This document shows, piece after piece, positions 29,801 through 45,200 of a stretch of 64,000 nt of DNA. Origin of the DNA: Balanoglossus misakiensis (taxonomy: Eukaryota > Animalia > Hemichordata); the NCBI GenBank assembly GCA_040954595.2, contig CM082595.2, positions 9,413,918-9,477,917 of the forward strand, read 5' to 3'. Numbering within the stretch: position 1 is the stretch's first letter; each line of letters starts with the position of its first letter. Below the pieces are notes generated by a model. It saw only the letters and a program-made list of their open reading frames with translations. It had not been told where the DNA came from and made no database searches. The position numbers and the translations under genes are program-made.

Positions 29801-32800
29801 GTCGATTTTTGAAAAAAATCATGGGTGAAAATCATCAAAAAATGACAAATTTTCGACTTTGCAAAATCTCAACATTTCGTCGATTTTTGAAAAAAATCAT
29901 GGGTGAAAATCATCAAAAAATGACAAATTTTCGACTTCGCAAAATCTCAAAATTTCGTCGATTTTTGAAAAAAATCATGGGTGAAAATCATCAAAAAATG
30001 ACACATTTTCGACTTTGCAAAATCTCAAAATTTCGTCGATTTTTGAAAAAAATCATGGGTGAAAATCATCAAAAAATGACACATTTTCGACTTTGCAAAA
30101 TCTCAAAATTTCGTCGATTTTTGAAAAAAAATAATGGGTGAAAATCATCAAAAAATGACACATTTTCGACTTTGCAAAATCTCAAAATTTCGTCGATTTT
30201 TGAAAAAAAATCATGGGTGAAAATCATCAAAAAATGACAAATTTTGAAAAAAAACGGGTGAAAATCATCAAAAAATGACACATTTTCGACTTTGCAAAAT
30301 CTCAAAATTTCGTCGATTTTTGAAAAAAAATCATGGGTGAAAATCATCAAAAAATGACAAATTTGCGTCTTTGCAAAATCTCAAAATTTCGTCGATTTTT
30401 GAAAAAAATCATGGGTGAAAATCATCAAAAAATGACAAATTTTCGACTTTGCAAAATCTCAAAATTTCGTCGATTTTGAAAAAAATCATAGGTTCGTCGA
30501 TTTTAAAAAAAAAACATGGGTGAAAATCATCAAAAAATGACAAATTTTTCGACTTTGCAAAATCTCACAATTTCGTCGATTTTTGAAAAAAATCATGGGA
30601 GAAAATCATCAAAAAATGACAAATGTTCGACTTTGCAAAATCTCAACATTTCGTCGATTTTTGAAAAAAATCATGGGTGAAAATCATCAAAAAATGACAA
30701 ATTTTCGACTGTGCAAAATCTCAAAATTTCGTCAATTTTTGAAAAAAATCAGGGGTAAAAATCATCAAAAAATGACAAATTTTCTTCTTTGCTAAATCTC
30801 AAAATTTCGTCGGTTTTTGAAAAATAATATTGGTGAAAATCATCAAAAAATGACAAATTTTCGACTTTGCAAAATCTCAAAATTTCGTCCATTTTTGAAA
30901 AAAAATCATGGGTAAAAATCATCAAAAAATGACAAATTTTCGTCTTTGCAAAATCTCAAAATTTCGTCCATTTAAAAAAAAAACATGGGGGAAAATCATC
31001 AAAAAATGACAAATTTTCGACTTTGCAAAATCTCAAAATTTCGTCGATTTTGAAAAAAAATAATGGTTGAAAATTATCAAAAAATGACAAATTTTCGACT
31101 TTGCAAAATCTCAAAATTTCGTCGATTTTTGAAAAAAAATCATGGGTGAAAATCATCAAAAAATGACAAATTTTCGTCTTTGCAAAATCTCAAAATTTTG
31201 TCCATTTTTGAATAAAAATCATGGGTAAAAATCATCAAAAATGACAAATTTTCGTCTTTGCAAAATCTCAAATTTTCGTCGATTTTTGAAAAAAAATCAT
31301 GGTTGAAAATCATCAAAAAATGACAAAATTTTCGACTTTGTAAAATCAAAAAATTTCGTCGATTTTGAAAAAAATCATAGGTTCGTCGATTTTTAAAAAA
31401 AAAACATGAGTGAAAATCATCAAAAAATGACACATTTTTGATTATGCAAAATCTCAAAATTTCGTCGATTTTTGAAAAAAAATCATGGGTGAAAATCATC
31501 AAAAAATAACAAATTTTCGACTTTGCAAAATCTCAAAATTTCGTCGATTTTTGAAAAAAATCATGGGTGAAAATCATCAAAAAATGACAAATTTTCGACT
31601 TTGCAAAATCTCAAAATTTCGTCGATTTTGAAAAAAAACATTGGGGGAAAATCATCAAAAAATGACAAATTATCGACTTTGCAAAATCTCACAATTTCGT
31701 CGATTTTTGAAAAAAATCATGGGTGAAAATCATCAAAAAATGACAAATTTTCGACTTTGCAAAATCTCAACATTTCGTCGATTTTTGAAAAAAATCATGG
31801 GTGAAAATCATCAAAAAATGACAAATTTTCGACTTTGCAAAATCTCAAAATTTCGTCAATTTTTAAAAAAATCATGGGTGAAAATCATCAAAAAATGACA
31901 AATTTTCGACTTTGCAAAATCTCAACATTTCGTCGATTTTTGAAAAAAATCATGGGTGAAAATCATCAAAAAATGACAAATTATCGACTTTGCAAAATCT
32001 CACAATTTCGTCGATTTTTGAAAAAAATCATGGGTGAAAATCATCAAAAAATGACAAATTTTCGACTGTGCAAAATCTCAAAATTTCGTCGATATTAGAA
32101 AAAAAATCATGGTTGAAAATCATCAAAAAATGACAAAATTTTCGACTTTGCAAAATCACACAATTTCGTCGATTTTGAAAAAAATCATAGGTTCGTCGAT
32201 TTTAAAAAAAAAAAACATGGGTGAAAATCATCAAAAAATGACAAATTTTCGACTTTGCAAAATCTCAAAATTTCGTCGATTTTTGAAAAAAATCATGGGT
32301 GAAAATCATCAAAAAATGACAAATTTTCGACTTTGCAAAATCTCACAATTTCGTCGATTTTTGAAAAAAATCATGGGAGAAAATCATCAAAAAATGACAA
32401 ATTTTCGACTTTGCAAAATCTCAACATTTCGTCGATTTTTGAAAAAAATCATGGGTGAAAATCATCAAAAAATGACAAATTTTCGACTGTGCAAAATCTC
32501 AAAATTTCGTCGATTTTAGAAAAAAAATCATGGTTGAAAATCATCAAAAAATGACAAAATTTTCGACTTTGCAAAATCTTAAAATTTCGTCGATTTTTGA
32601 AAAAAAATCATGGGTGAAAATGATCAAAAAATGACACATTTTCGACTTTGCAAAATCTAAAAATTTCGTCGATTTTTGAAAAAAAATCATGGGTAAAAAT
32701 CATCAAAAAATGACAAATTTTCGACTTTGCAAAATCTCACAATTTCGTCGATTTTTGAAAAAAATCATGGGTGAAAATCATCAAAAAATTACAAATTTTC

Positions 32801-34960
32801 GACTTTGCAAAATCTCAACATTTCGTCGATTTTTGAAAAAAAATCATGGGTGAAAATCATGAAAAAATGACACATTTTCGACTTTGAAAAATCTAAAAAT
32901 TTCGTCGATTTTTGAAAAAAATCATGGGTGAAAATCATCAAAAAATTACAAATTTTCGACTTTGCAAAATCTCAAAATTTCGTCGATTTTGAAAAAAATC
33001 ATAGGTTCGTCGATTTTAAAAAAAAAACATGGGTGAAAATCATCAAAAAATGACAAATTTTCGACTTTGCAAAATCTCACAATTTCGTCGATTTTTGAAA
33101 AAAATCATGGGAGAAAATCATCAAAAAATGACAAATTTTCGACTTTGCAAAATCTCAACATTTCGTCGATTTTTGAAAAAAATCATGGGTGAAAATCATC
33201 AAAAAATGACAAATTTTCGACTGTGCAAAATCTCAAAATTTCGTCAATTTTTGAAAAAAATCAGGGGTAAAAATCATCAAAAAATGACAAATTTTCTTCT
33301 TTGCTAAATCTCAAAATTTCGTCGGTTTTTGAAAAATAATATTGGTGAAAATCATCAAAAAATGACAAATTTTCGACTTTGCAAAATCTCAAAATTTCGT
33401 CCATTTTTGAAAAAAAATCATGGGTAAAAATCATCAAAAAATGACAAATTTTCGTCATTGCAATATCTCAAAATTTCGTCCATTTAAAAAAAAAACATGG
33501 GGGAAAATCATCAAAAAATGACAAATTTTCGACTTTGCAAAATCTCAAAATTTCGTCGATTTTGAAAAAAAATAATGGTTGAAAATTATCAAAAAATGAC
33601 AAATTTTCGACTTTGCAAAATCTCAAAATTTCGTCGATTTTTGAAAAAAAATCATGGGTGAAAATCATCAAAAAATGACAAATTTTCGTCTTTGCAAAAT
33701 CTCAAAATTTCGTCCATTTTTGAATAAAAATCATGGGTAAAAATCATCAAAAATGACAAATTTTCGTCTTTGCAAAATCTCAAATTTTCGTCAATTTTTG
33801 AAAAAAAATCATGGTTGAAAATCATCAAAAAATGACAAAATTTTCGACTTTGTAAAATCAAAAAATTTCGTCGATTTTGAAAAAAACCATTGGGGGAAAA
33901 TCATCAAAAAATGACAAATTATCGACTTTGCAAAATCTCACAATTTCGTCGATTTTTGAAAAAAATCATGGGTGAAAATCATCAAAAAATGACAAATTTT
34001 CGACTTTGCAAAATCTCAAAATTTCGTCGATTTTGAAAAAAATCATAGGTTCGTCGATTTTAAAAAAAAAACATGGGTGAAAATCATCAAAAAATGACAA
34101 ATTTTTCGACTTTGCAAAATCTCACAATTTCGTCGATTTTTGAAAAAAATCATGGGAGAAAATCATCAAAAAATGACAAATTTTCGACTTTGCAAAATCT
34201 CAACATTTCGTCGATTTTTGAAAAAAAACATTGGGGGAAAATCATCAAAAAATGACAAATTATCGACTTTGCAAAATCTCACAATTTCGTCGATTTTTGA
34301 AAAAAATCATGGGTGAAAATCATCAAAAAATTACAAATTTTCGACTTTGCAAAATCTCAACATTTCGTCGATTTTTGAAAAAAATCATGGGTGAAAATCA
34401 TCAAAAAATGACAAATTTTCGACTTTGCAAAATCTCAAAATTTCGTCAATTTTTGAAAAAATCATGGGTGAAAATCATCAAAAAATGACAAATTTTCGAC
34501 TTTGCAAAATCTCAACATTTCGTCGATTTTTGAAAAAAATCATGGGTGAAAATCATCAAAAAATGACAAATTATCGACTTTGCAAAATCTCACAATTTCG
34601 TCGATTTTTGAAAAAAATCATGGGTGAAAATCATCAAAAAATGACAAATTTTCGACTGTGCAAAATCTCAAAATTTCGTCGATTTTAGAAAAAAAATCAT
34701 GGTTGAAAATCATCAAAAAATGACAAAATTTTCGACTTTGCAAAATCACACAATTTCGTCGATTTTGAAAAAAATCATAGGTTCGTCGATTTAAAAAAAA
34801 AAAAACATGGGTGAAAATCATCAAAAAATGACAAATTTTCGACTTTGCAAAATCTCAAAATTTCGTCGATTTTTGAAAAAAATCATGGGTGAAAATCATC
34901 AAAAAATGACAAATTTTCGACTTTGCTAAATCTCAAAATTTCGTCGGTTTTTGAAAAATA
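2839..34960 (+). repeat. 78-bp AT-rich satellite array, left block
   Basis: Head-to-tail monomers with consensus ATGGGTGAAAATCATCAAAAAATGACAAATTTTCGACTTTGCAAAATCTCAAAATTTCGTCGATTTTTGAAAAAAATC (78 nt). Variation is mostly A/T run length, point variants and partial monomers. No orientation switch seen. Confidence 0.99.
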
Positions 34961-36219
34961 CCACGGAATTCTTTTTACCAGCACCAAACGGCAAACTGGC
35001 AACATCGTATTTCTTTCATGCCAGCAACGCGTTATCTCTAAAATTGTAACAACGTCACAATGTACTAGACAGAGAGGCGTCCCCCATCCCAATTGCGCAG
35101 TTGAAGTACGTGCGTGTTGAGAGAGAGACGTGAACAGAAAGGGGTAGGAGACTGACTTGAACACGGACGACGAGAGTTGTTTAGCGTGTCGAACGCTGCT
35201 CTACGAAGCTTGTAGTTACCTACTGACCGGGACATTTGCGCTTGAACGGACTGGGTTCCTCCCGATTGCCGCACGCCGGCGGGTATGAAAGTGTAGGCTA
35301 AGACGTCGATCCACCGGCCGGCTGCACTGTTCCCAACATTACCAGCTCCACGCCACTTTGAGCTGCACCGCGGTCGGATATCCCACCCCGGCTGCCGGAC
35401 AGCATATGAAGGTGTCTGAGGCCTTTTCTAGTCAAAACTTTGGGGTTTTCGGAATGGGAAATAGCGGAACAAGAACATGGATATATACTAAATCATGAAC
35501 GCCAAACAAACACGTTGAAAAAGCCAGATCTGAAAAATTCATGTGGCGTCCGCCGCTGGGCGCATTGACGCGTCAACGTTTTTTTTCAAACAACGTAACC
35601 TGTCACGATTGCTGCCACAAACAACAAGTTCGTGCGTAGGTCGAGAAAGTTCTCAAGCGGCCGGGTGATCGCGGCAAGGTTAGCGGCGGCCTCGCACGCC
35701 CGAATTTGCCACAAAACTATCAGTCCACACAGCAATGCCGTTCAAACTCTTCCGTCGTATTTATTTCAACACAAATTCAGAATACAACACGGCAGTTTGG
35801 TACGTCGTCTCTATCCTACACTGCTAATTCTCATCTCAATCTCTAAAAAAGTTCAACAGACGGGATACACTGCAACCCGCGGCACTAGGAACGGCAAAAT
35901 TCACGTCTCTGCTTCACAGGAATCTACCGACCTGAAGTGGGAGGAACCCAGTCCGTTCAAGTACAAATGTCCCGGTAAGAAGGTAACTACGAGCTTCCTA
36001 GAGCAGCGTTCGAGTCGACACGTCTCTCTCAACACGCACGGACTTCAACTGCGCAATAGGGATGGGGGGGGGGGGGGCGCCTCTTTGTCTACTAAATTGT
36101 GACGTTGTTACAATTTTAGAGATAACGTGTCGGGCCCCCTCAAAGAAAGCCGGTGGCCCCCTCAAAGAAAGCCGGTGTTGCTAGTTTGGCATTTGTTGCT
36201 AGTATTCTGAATATCGTAG
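34961..36219. mobile_element. Non-autonomous DNA transposon with about 280-300-bp TIRs and TA TSD, inserted in the satellite
   Basis: Left arm 34961-35263 is the reverse complement of right arm 35939-36219 (ends CCACGGAATTC / CTACGATATTC). TA at 34959-34960 and 36220-36221. The empty site GAAAAATAATATGGG occurs in other monomers (e.g. about 40310-40324). Confidence 0.9.
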
Positions 36220-39200
36220 TAATATGGGTGAAAATCATCAAAAAATGACAAATTTTCGACTTTGCAAAATCTCAAAATTTCGTCGATTTTTGAATAAAAA
36301 TCATGGGTGAAAATCATCAAAAAATGACACATTTTCGACTTTGCAAAATCTCAACATTTCGTCGATTTTTGAAAAAAAATCATGGTGAAAATCATCAAAA
36401 AATGACAAAATTTTCGACTTTGTAAAATCACAAAATTTCGTCGATTTTGAAAAAAATCATAGGTTCGTCGATTTTTAAAAAAAAAACATTGGTGAAAATC
36501 ATCAAAATATGACAAATTTTCGACTTTGCAAAATCTCACAATTTCGTCGATTTTTGAAAAAATCATGGGTGAAAATCATCAAAAAATGACAAATTTTCAA
36601 CTTTGCAAAATCTCAAAATTTCGTCGATTTTTGAAAAAAAATCATGGTGAAAATCATCAAAAAATGACAAAATTTTCGACTTTGTAAAATCACAAAATTT
36701 CGTCGATTTTGAAAAAAATCATAGGTTCGTCGATTTAAAAAAAAAAAACATTGGTGAAAATCATCAAAAAATGACAAATTTTCGTCTTTGCAAAATCTCA
36801 AAATTTCGTCCATTTTTGAAAAAAAATCATGGGTAAAAATCATCAAAAAATGACAAATTTTCGTTTTTGCAAAATCTCAAAATTTCGTCCATTTTAAAAA
36901 AAAAACATGGGGGAAAATCATCAAAAAATGACAAATTTTCGACTTTGCAAAATCTCAAAATTTCGTCCATTTTTGAAAAAAAATCATGGGTAAAAATCAT
37001 CAAAAAATGACAAATTTTCGTCTTTGCAAAATCTCAAAATTTCGTCCATTTAAAAAAAAAACATGGGGGAAAATCATCAAAAAATGACAAATTTTCGACT
37101 TTGCAAAATCTCAAAATTTCGTCGATTTTGAAAAAAACCATCGGGGGAAAATCATCAAAAAATGACAAAATTTTCGACTTTGTAAAATCACTAAATTTCG
37201 TCGATTTTGAAAAAAATCATAGGTTCGTCGATTTTTAAAAAAAAAACATGGTTGAAAATCATCAAAAAATGACAAATTTTCGTCTTTGCAAAATCTCAAA
37301 ATTTCGTCCATTTTAAAAAAAAAACATGGGGCAAAATCATCAAAAAATGACAAATTTTCGACTTTGCAAAATCTCAAAATTTCGTCGATTTTTGAAAAAA
37401 AATCATGGTTGAAAATCATCAAAAAATGACAAAATTTTCGACTTTGCAAAATCTCAAAATTTCGTCGATTTTGAAAAAAATCATAGGTTCGTCGATTTTT
37501 TAAAAAAAAACATGGGTGAAAATCATCAAAAAATGACAAATTTTCGACTTGGAAAATCTCAAAATTTCGTCGATTTTTGAAAAAAAATCATGGGTGAAAA
37601 TTATCAAAAAATGACACATTTTCGATTATGCAAAATCTCAAAATTTCGTCGATTTTTGAATAAAAATCATGGGTGAAAATCATCAAAAAATGACAAATTT
37701 TCGACTTTGCAAAATCTCAAAATTTCGTCCATTTTAAAAAAAAAACATGGGGCAAAATCATCAAAAAATGACAAATTTTCGACTTTGCAAAATCTCAAAA
37801 TTTCGTCGATTTTTGAAAAAAAATCATGGTTGAAAATCATCAAAAAATGACAAAATTTTCGACTTTGTAAAATCAAAAAATTTCGTCGATTTTGAAAAAA
37901 ATCATAGGTTCGTCGATTTTTAAAAAAAAAACATGGGTGAAAATCATCAAAAAATGACAAATTTTCGACTTTACAAAATCTCAAAATTTCGTCGATTTTT
38001 GAAAAAAAATCATGGGTGAAAATTATCAAAAAATGACACATTTTCGATTATGCAAAATCTCAAAATTTCGTCGATTTTTGAATAAAAATCATGGGTGAAA
38101 ATCATCAAAAAATGACAAATTTTCGACTTTGCAAAATCTCAAAATTTCGTCGATTTTTGAAAAAAAATCATGGTGAAAATCATCAAAAAATGACAAATTT
38201 TCGACTTTGCAAAATCTCAAAATTTCTTCGATTTTTGAAAAAAAATCATGGTGAAAATCATCAAAAAATGACAAATTTTCGACTTTGCAAAATCTCAAAA
38301 TTTCGTTCATTTTTAAAAAAAATCATGGGTGAAAATCATCAAAAAATGACAAATTTTCGATTATGCAAAATCTCAAAATTTCGTCGATTTTGAAAAAATC
38401 ATGGGTTCGCCGATTTTTAAAAAAAAACATTGGTGAAAATCATCAAAATATGACAAATTTTCGACTTTGCAAAATCTCAAAATTTCGTCGATTTTTGAAA
38501 AATTCATGGGTGAAAATCATCAAAAAATGACAAATTTTCAACTTTGCAAAATCTCAAAATTTCGTCGATTTTTGAAAAAAAATCATGGTGAAAATCATCA
38601 AAAAATGACAAAATTTTCGACTTTGTAAAATCACTAAATTTCGTCGATTTTGAAAAAAATCATAGGTTCGTCGATTTTGAAAAAAAAAACATGGTTGAAA
38701 ATCATCAAAAAATGACAAATTTTCGTCTTTGCAAAATCTCAAAATTTCGTCCATTTTAAAAAAAAAACATGGGGCAAAATCATCAAAAAATGACAAATTT
38801 TCGAATTTGCAAAATCTCAAAATTTCGTCGATTTTTGAAAAAAAAATCATGGGTGAAAATCATCAAAAAATGACAAATTTTCGTCTTTGCAAAATCTCAA
38901 AATTTCGTCCATTTTTGAATAAAAATCATGGGTAAAAATCATCAAAAATGACAAATTTTCGTCTTTGCAAAATCTCAAATTTTCGTCGATTTTTGAAAAA
39001 AAATCATGGTTGAAAATCATCAAAAAATGACAAAATTTTCGACTTTGTAAAATCACAAAATTTCGTCCATTTTGAAAAAAATCATAGGTTCGTCGATTTT
39101 TAAAAAAAAAACATGGGTGAAAATCATCAAAAAATGACAAATTTTCGACTTTGCAAAATCTCAAAATTTCGTCGATTTTTGAAAAAAAATCATGGGTAAA

Positions 39201-42200
39201 TATCATCAAAAAATGACACATTTTCGATTATGCAAAATCTCAAAATTTCGTCGATTTTTGAAAAAAAATCATGGGTGAAAATCATGAAAAAATGACACAT
39301 TTTCGACTTTGAAAAATCTAAAAATTTCGTCGATTTTTGAAAAAAAATCATGGGTAAAAATCATCAAAAAATGACAAATTTTCGTCTTTGCAAAATCTTA
39401 AAATTTCGTCGATTTTTGAAAAAAATCATGGGTGAAAATCATCAAAAAATGACAAATTTTCGACTTTGCAAAATCTCAAAATTTCGTCGGTTTTTGAAAA
39501 ATAATATGGGTGAAAATCATCAAAAAATGACAAATTTTCGACTTTGCAAAATCTCAAAATTTCGTCGATTTTTGAAAAAAAAATCATGGGTGAAAATCAT
39601 CAAAAAATGACAAATTTTCGTCTTTGCAAAATCTCAAAATTTCGTCCATTTTTGAATAAAAATCATGGGTAAAAATCATCAAAAATGACAAATTTTCGTC
39701 TTTGCAAAATCTCAAATTTTCGTCGATTTTTGAAAAAAAATCATGGTTGAAAATCATCAAAAAATGACAAAATTTTCGACTTTGTAAAATCACAAAATTT
39801 CGTCGATTTTGAAAAAAATCATAGGTTCGTCGATTTTAAAAAAAAAAACATGGGTGAAAATCATCAAAAAATGACAAATTTTCGACTTTGCAATATCTCA
39901 AAATTTCGTCGATTTTTGAAAAAAAATCATGGGTAAAAATCATCAAAAAATGACACATTTTCGATTATGCAAAATCTCAAAATTTCGTCGATTTTTGAAA
40001 AAAAATCATGGGTGAAAATCATGAAAAAATGACACATTTTCGACTTTGAAAAATCTAAAAATTTCGTCGATTTTTGAAAAAAAATCATGGGTAAAAATCA
40101 TCAAAAAATGACAAATTTTCGTCTTTGCAAAATCTTAAAATTTCGTCGATTTTTGAAAAAAATCAAGGGTGAAAATCATCAAAAAATGACAAATTTTCGA
40201 CTTTGCAAAATCTCAAAATTTCGTCAATTTTTGAAAAAATCATGGGTAAAAATCATCAAAAAATGACAAATTTTCGTCTTTGCTAAATCTCAAAATTTCG
40301 TCGGTTTTTGAAAAATAATATGGGTGAAAATCATCAAAAAATGACAAATTTTCGACTTTGCAAAATCTCAAAATTTCGTCGATTTTTGAAAAAAAATCAT
40401 GGGTGAAAATCATGAAAAAATGACACATTTTCGACTTTGAAAAATCTAAAAATTTCGTCGATTTTTGAAAAAAAATCATGGGTAAAAATCATCAAAAAAT
40501 GACAAATTTTCGTCTTTGCAAAATCTTAAAATTTCGTCGATTTTTGAAAAAAATCAAGGGTGAAAATCATCAAAAAATGACAAATTTTCGACTTTGCAAA
40601 ATCTCAAAATTTCGTCAATTTTTGAAAAAATCATGGGTAAAAATCATCAAAAAATGACAAATTTTCGTCTTTGCTAAATCTCAAAATTTCGTCGGTTTTT
40701 GAAAAATAATATGGGTGAAAATCATCAAAAAATGACAAATTTTCGACTTTGCAAAATCTCAAAATTTCGTCGATTTTTGAAAAAAAATCATGGGTAAAAA
40801 TCATCAAAAAATGACAAATTTTCGTCTTTGCAAAATCTTAAAATTTCGTCGATTTTTGAAAAAAATCAAGGGTGAAAATCATCAAAAAATGACAAATTTT
40901 CGACTTTGCAAAATCTCAAAATTTCGTCAATTTTTGAAAAAATCATGGGTAAAAATCATCAAAAAATGACAAATTTTCGTCTTTGCTAAATCTCAAAATT
41001 TCGTCGGTTTTTGAAAAATAATATGGGTGAAAATCATCAAAAAATGACAAATTTTCGACTTTGCAAAATCTCAAAATTTCGTCGATTTTTGAATAAAAAT
41101 CATGGGTGAAAATCATCAAAAAATGACACATTTTCGACTTTGCAAAATCTCAAAATTTCGTCCATTTTTGAAAAAAAATCATGGGTAAAAATCATCAAAA
41201 AATGACAAATTTTCGTTTTTGCAAAATCTCAAAATTTCGTCCATTTAAAAAAAAACATGGGGGAAAATCATCAAAAAATGACAAATTTTCGACTTTGCAA
41301 AATCTTAAAATTTCGTCCATTTTTGAAAAAAAATCATGGGTAAAAATCATCAAAAAATGACAAATTTTCGTCTTTGCAAAATCTCAAAATTTCGTCCATT
41401 TAAAAAAAAACATGGGGGAAAATCATCAAAAAATGACAAATTTTCGACTTTGCAAAATCTCAAAATTTCGTCGATTTTGAAAAAAACCATTGGGGCAAAT
41501 CATCAAAAAATGACAAATTATCGACTTTGCAGAATCTCACAATTTCGTCGATTTTTGAAAAAAATCATGGGTGAAAATCATCAAAAAATTACAAATTTTC
41601 GACTTTGCAAAATCTCAAAATTTCGTCGATTTTTGTAAAAAATCATGGGTGAAAATCATCAAAAAATGACAAATTTTCGACTTTGCAAAATCTCAAAATT
41701 TCGTCGGTTTTTGAAAAATAATATTGGTGAAAATCATCAAAAAATGACAAATTTTCGACTTTGCAAAATCTCAAAATTTCGTCCATTTTTGAAAAAAAAT
41801 CATGGTGAAAATCATCAAAAAATTACAAATTTTCGACTTTGCAAAATCTCAAAATTTCGTCGATTTTTGTAAAAAATCATGGGTGAAAATCATCAAAAAA
41901 TGACAAATTTTCGACTTTGCAAAATCTCAAAATTTCGTCAATTTTTGAAAAAAATCAGGGGTAAAAATCATCAAAAAATGACAAATTTTCGACTTTGCAA
42001 AATCTCAAAATTTCGTCGATTTTTGAAAAAAAATCATGGTGAAAATCATCAAAAAATGACAAATTTTCGACTTTGCAAAATCTCAAAATTTCGTCGATTT
42101 TTGAAAAAAAATCATGGGTGAAAATCATCAAAAAATGACAAATTTTCGACTTTGCAAAATCTCAAAATTTCGTCGATTTTTGAAAAAAAATCATGGTGAA

Positions 42201-45200
42201 AATCATCAAAAAATGACAAATTTTCGACTTTGCAAAATCTCAAAATTTCGTCGATTTTTGAAAAAAAATCATGGTGAAAATCATCAAAAAATGACAAATT
42301 TTCGTCTTTGCAAAATCTCAAAATTTCGTCCATTTTTGAAAAAAAATAATGGTTGAAAATCATCAAAAAATGACAAATTTTCGACTTTGCAAAATCTCAA
42401 AATTTCGTTCATTTTTAAAAAAAATCATGGGTGAAAATCATCAAAAAATGACAAATTTTCGATTATGCAAAATCTCAAAACTTCGTCGATTTTGAAAAAA
42501 ATCATGGGTTCGTCGATTTTTAAAAAAAAAACATTGGTGAAAATCATCAAAATATGACAAATTTTCGACTTTGCAAAATCTCAAAATTTCGTCGATTTTT
42601 GAAAAATTCATGGGTGAAAATCATCAAAAAATGACAAATTTTCAACTTTGCAAAATCTCAAAATTTCGTCGATTTTTGAAAAAAAATCATGGTGAAAATC
42701 ATCAAAAAATGACAAAATTTTCGACTTTGTAAAATCACAAAATTTCGTCGATTTTGAAAAAAATCATAGGTTCGTCGATTTTTAAAAAAAAAACATGGTT
42801 GAAAATCATCAAAAAATGACAAATTTTCGTCTTTGCAAAATCTCAAAATTTCGTCCATTTTAAAAAAAAAACATGGGGCAAAATCATCAAAAAATGACAA
42901 ATTTTCGACTTTGCAAAATCTCAAAATTTCGTCGATTTTTGAAAAAACAATCATGGGTGAAAATCATCAAAAAATGAAAAATTTTCGTCTTTGCAAAATC
43001 TCAAAATTTCGTCCATTTTTGAATAAAAATCATGGGTAAAAATCATCAAAAATGACAAATTTTCGTCTTTGCAAAATCTCAAATTTTCGTCGATTTTTGA
43101 AAAAAAATCATGGTTGAAAATCATCAAAAAATGACAAAATTTTCGACTTTGTAAAATCACAAAATTTCGTCGATTTTGAAAAAAATCATAGGTTCGTCGA
43201 TTTAAAAAAAAAAAACATGGGTGAAAATCATCAAAAAATGACAAATTTTCGACTTTGCAAAATCTCAAAATTTCGTCGATTTTTGAAAAAAAATCATGGG
43301 TAAAAATAATCAAAAAATGACACATTTTCGATTATGCAAAATATCAAAATTTCGTCGATTTTTGAAAAAAAATCATGGGTGAAAATCATGAAAAAATGAC
43401 ACATTTTCGACTTTGAAAAATCTAAAAATTTCGTCGATTTTTGAAAATAAATCATGGGTAAAAATCATCAAAAAATGACAAATTTTCGTCTTTGCAAAAT
43501 CTTAAAATTTCGTCGATTTTTGAAAAAAATCATGGGTGAAAATCATCAAAAAATGACAAATTTTCGACTTTGCAAAATCTCAAAATTTCGTCAATTTTTG
43601 AAAAAATCATGGGTAAAAATCATCAAAAAATGACAAATTTTCGTCTTTGCTAAATCTCAAAATTTCGTCGGTTTTTTAAAAATAATATGGGTGAAAATCA
43701 TCAAAAAATGACAAATTTTCGACTTTGCAAAATCTCAAAATTTCGTCGATTTTTGAATAAAAATCATGGGTGAAAATCATCAAAAAATGACACATTTTCG
43801 ACTTTGCAAAATCTCAACATTTCGTCGATTTTTGAAAAAAAAATCATGGTGAAAATCATCAAAAAATGACAAATTTTCGTCTTTGCAAAATCTCAAAATT
43901 TCGTCCATTTTTGAAAAAAAATCATGGGTAAAAATCATCAAAAAATGACAAATTTTCGTTTTTGCAAAATCTCAAAATTTCGTCCATTTAAAAAAAAAAA
44001 CATGGGGGAAAATCATCAAAAAATGACAAATTTTCGACTTTGCAAAATCTTAAAATTTCGTCCATTTTTGAAAAAAAATCATGGGTAAAAATCATCAAAA
44101 AATGACAAATTTTCGTCTTTGCAAAATCTCAAAATTTCGTCCATTTAAAAAAAAAACATGGGGGAAAATCATCAAAAAATGACAAATTTTCGACTTTGCA
44201 AAATCTCAAAATTTCGTCGATTTTGAAAAAAACCATTGGGGGAAAATCATCAAAAAATGACAAATTATCGACTTTGCAGAATCTCACAATTTCGTCGATT
44301 TTTGAAAAAAATCATGGGTGAAAATCATCAAAAAATTACAAATTTTCGACTTTGCAAAATCTCAAAATTTCGTCGATTTTTGTAAAAAATCATGGGTGAA
44401 AATCATCAAAAAATGACAAATTTTCGACTTTGCAAAATCTCAAAATTTAGTCGATTTTTGAAAAAAAATCATAGGTGAAATCATCAAAAAATGACAAATT
44501 TTCGACTTTGCAAAATCTCAAAATTTCGTCAATTTTTGAAAAAAATCAGGGGTAAAAATCATCAAAAAATGACAAATTTTCGTCTTTGCTAAATCTCAAA
44601 ATTTCGTCGGTTTTTGAAAAATAATATTGGTGAAAATCATCAAAAAATGACAAATTTTCGACTTTGCAAAATCTCAAAATTTCGTCCATTTTTGAAAAAA
44701 AATCATGGGTAAAAATTATCAAAAAATGACAAATTTTCGTCTTTGCAAAATCTCAAAATTTCGTCCATTTTAAAAAAAAAAACATGGGGGAAAATCATCA
44801 AAAAATGACAAATTTTCGACTTTGCAAAATCTCAAAATTTCGTCGATTTTGAAAAAAAATAATGGTTGAAAATCATCAAAAAATGACAAATTTTCGACTT
44901 TGCAAAATCTCAAAATTTCGTCGATTTTTGAAAAAAAATCATGGGTGAAAATCATCAAAAAATGACAAATTTTCGTCTTTGCAAAATCTCAAAATTTCGT
45001 CCATTTTTGAATAAAAGTCATGGGTAAAAATCATCAAAAATGACAAATTTTCGTCTTTGCAAAATCTCAAATTTTCGTCGATTTTTGAAAAAAAATCATG
45101 GTTGAAAATCATCAAAAAATGACAAAATTTTCGACTTTGTAAAATCACAAAATTTCGTCGATTTTGAAAAAAATCATAGGTTCGTCGATTTTAAAAAAAA

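Noticed and set aside
35632-36102. 156-aa ORF in the TIR element as a transposase
   Set aside because: No DDE/D or HTH motifs, a non-ATG start, and it runs into the TIR.
2889-45148. Hundreds of ORFs such as (MGENHQKMTNFRLCKISKFRRFLKKI)n suggesting a repeat protein
   Set aside because: The 78-bp monomer happens to be 26 stop-free codons. Frequent 1-nt homopolymer indels break the frame every few monomers and ORFs appear on both strands, so there is no sign of frame conservation.
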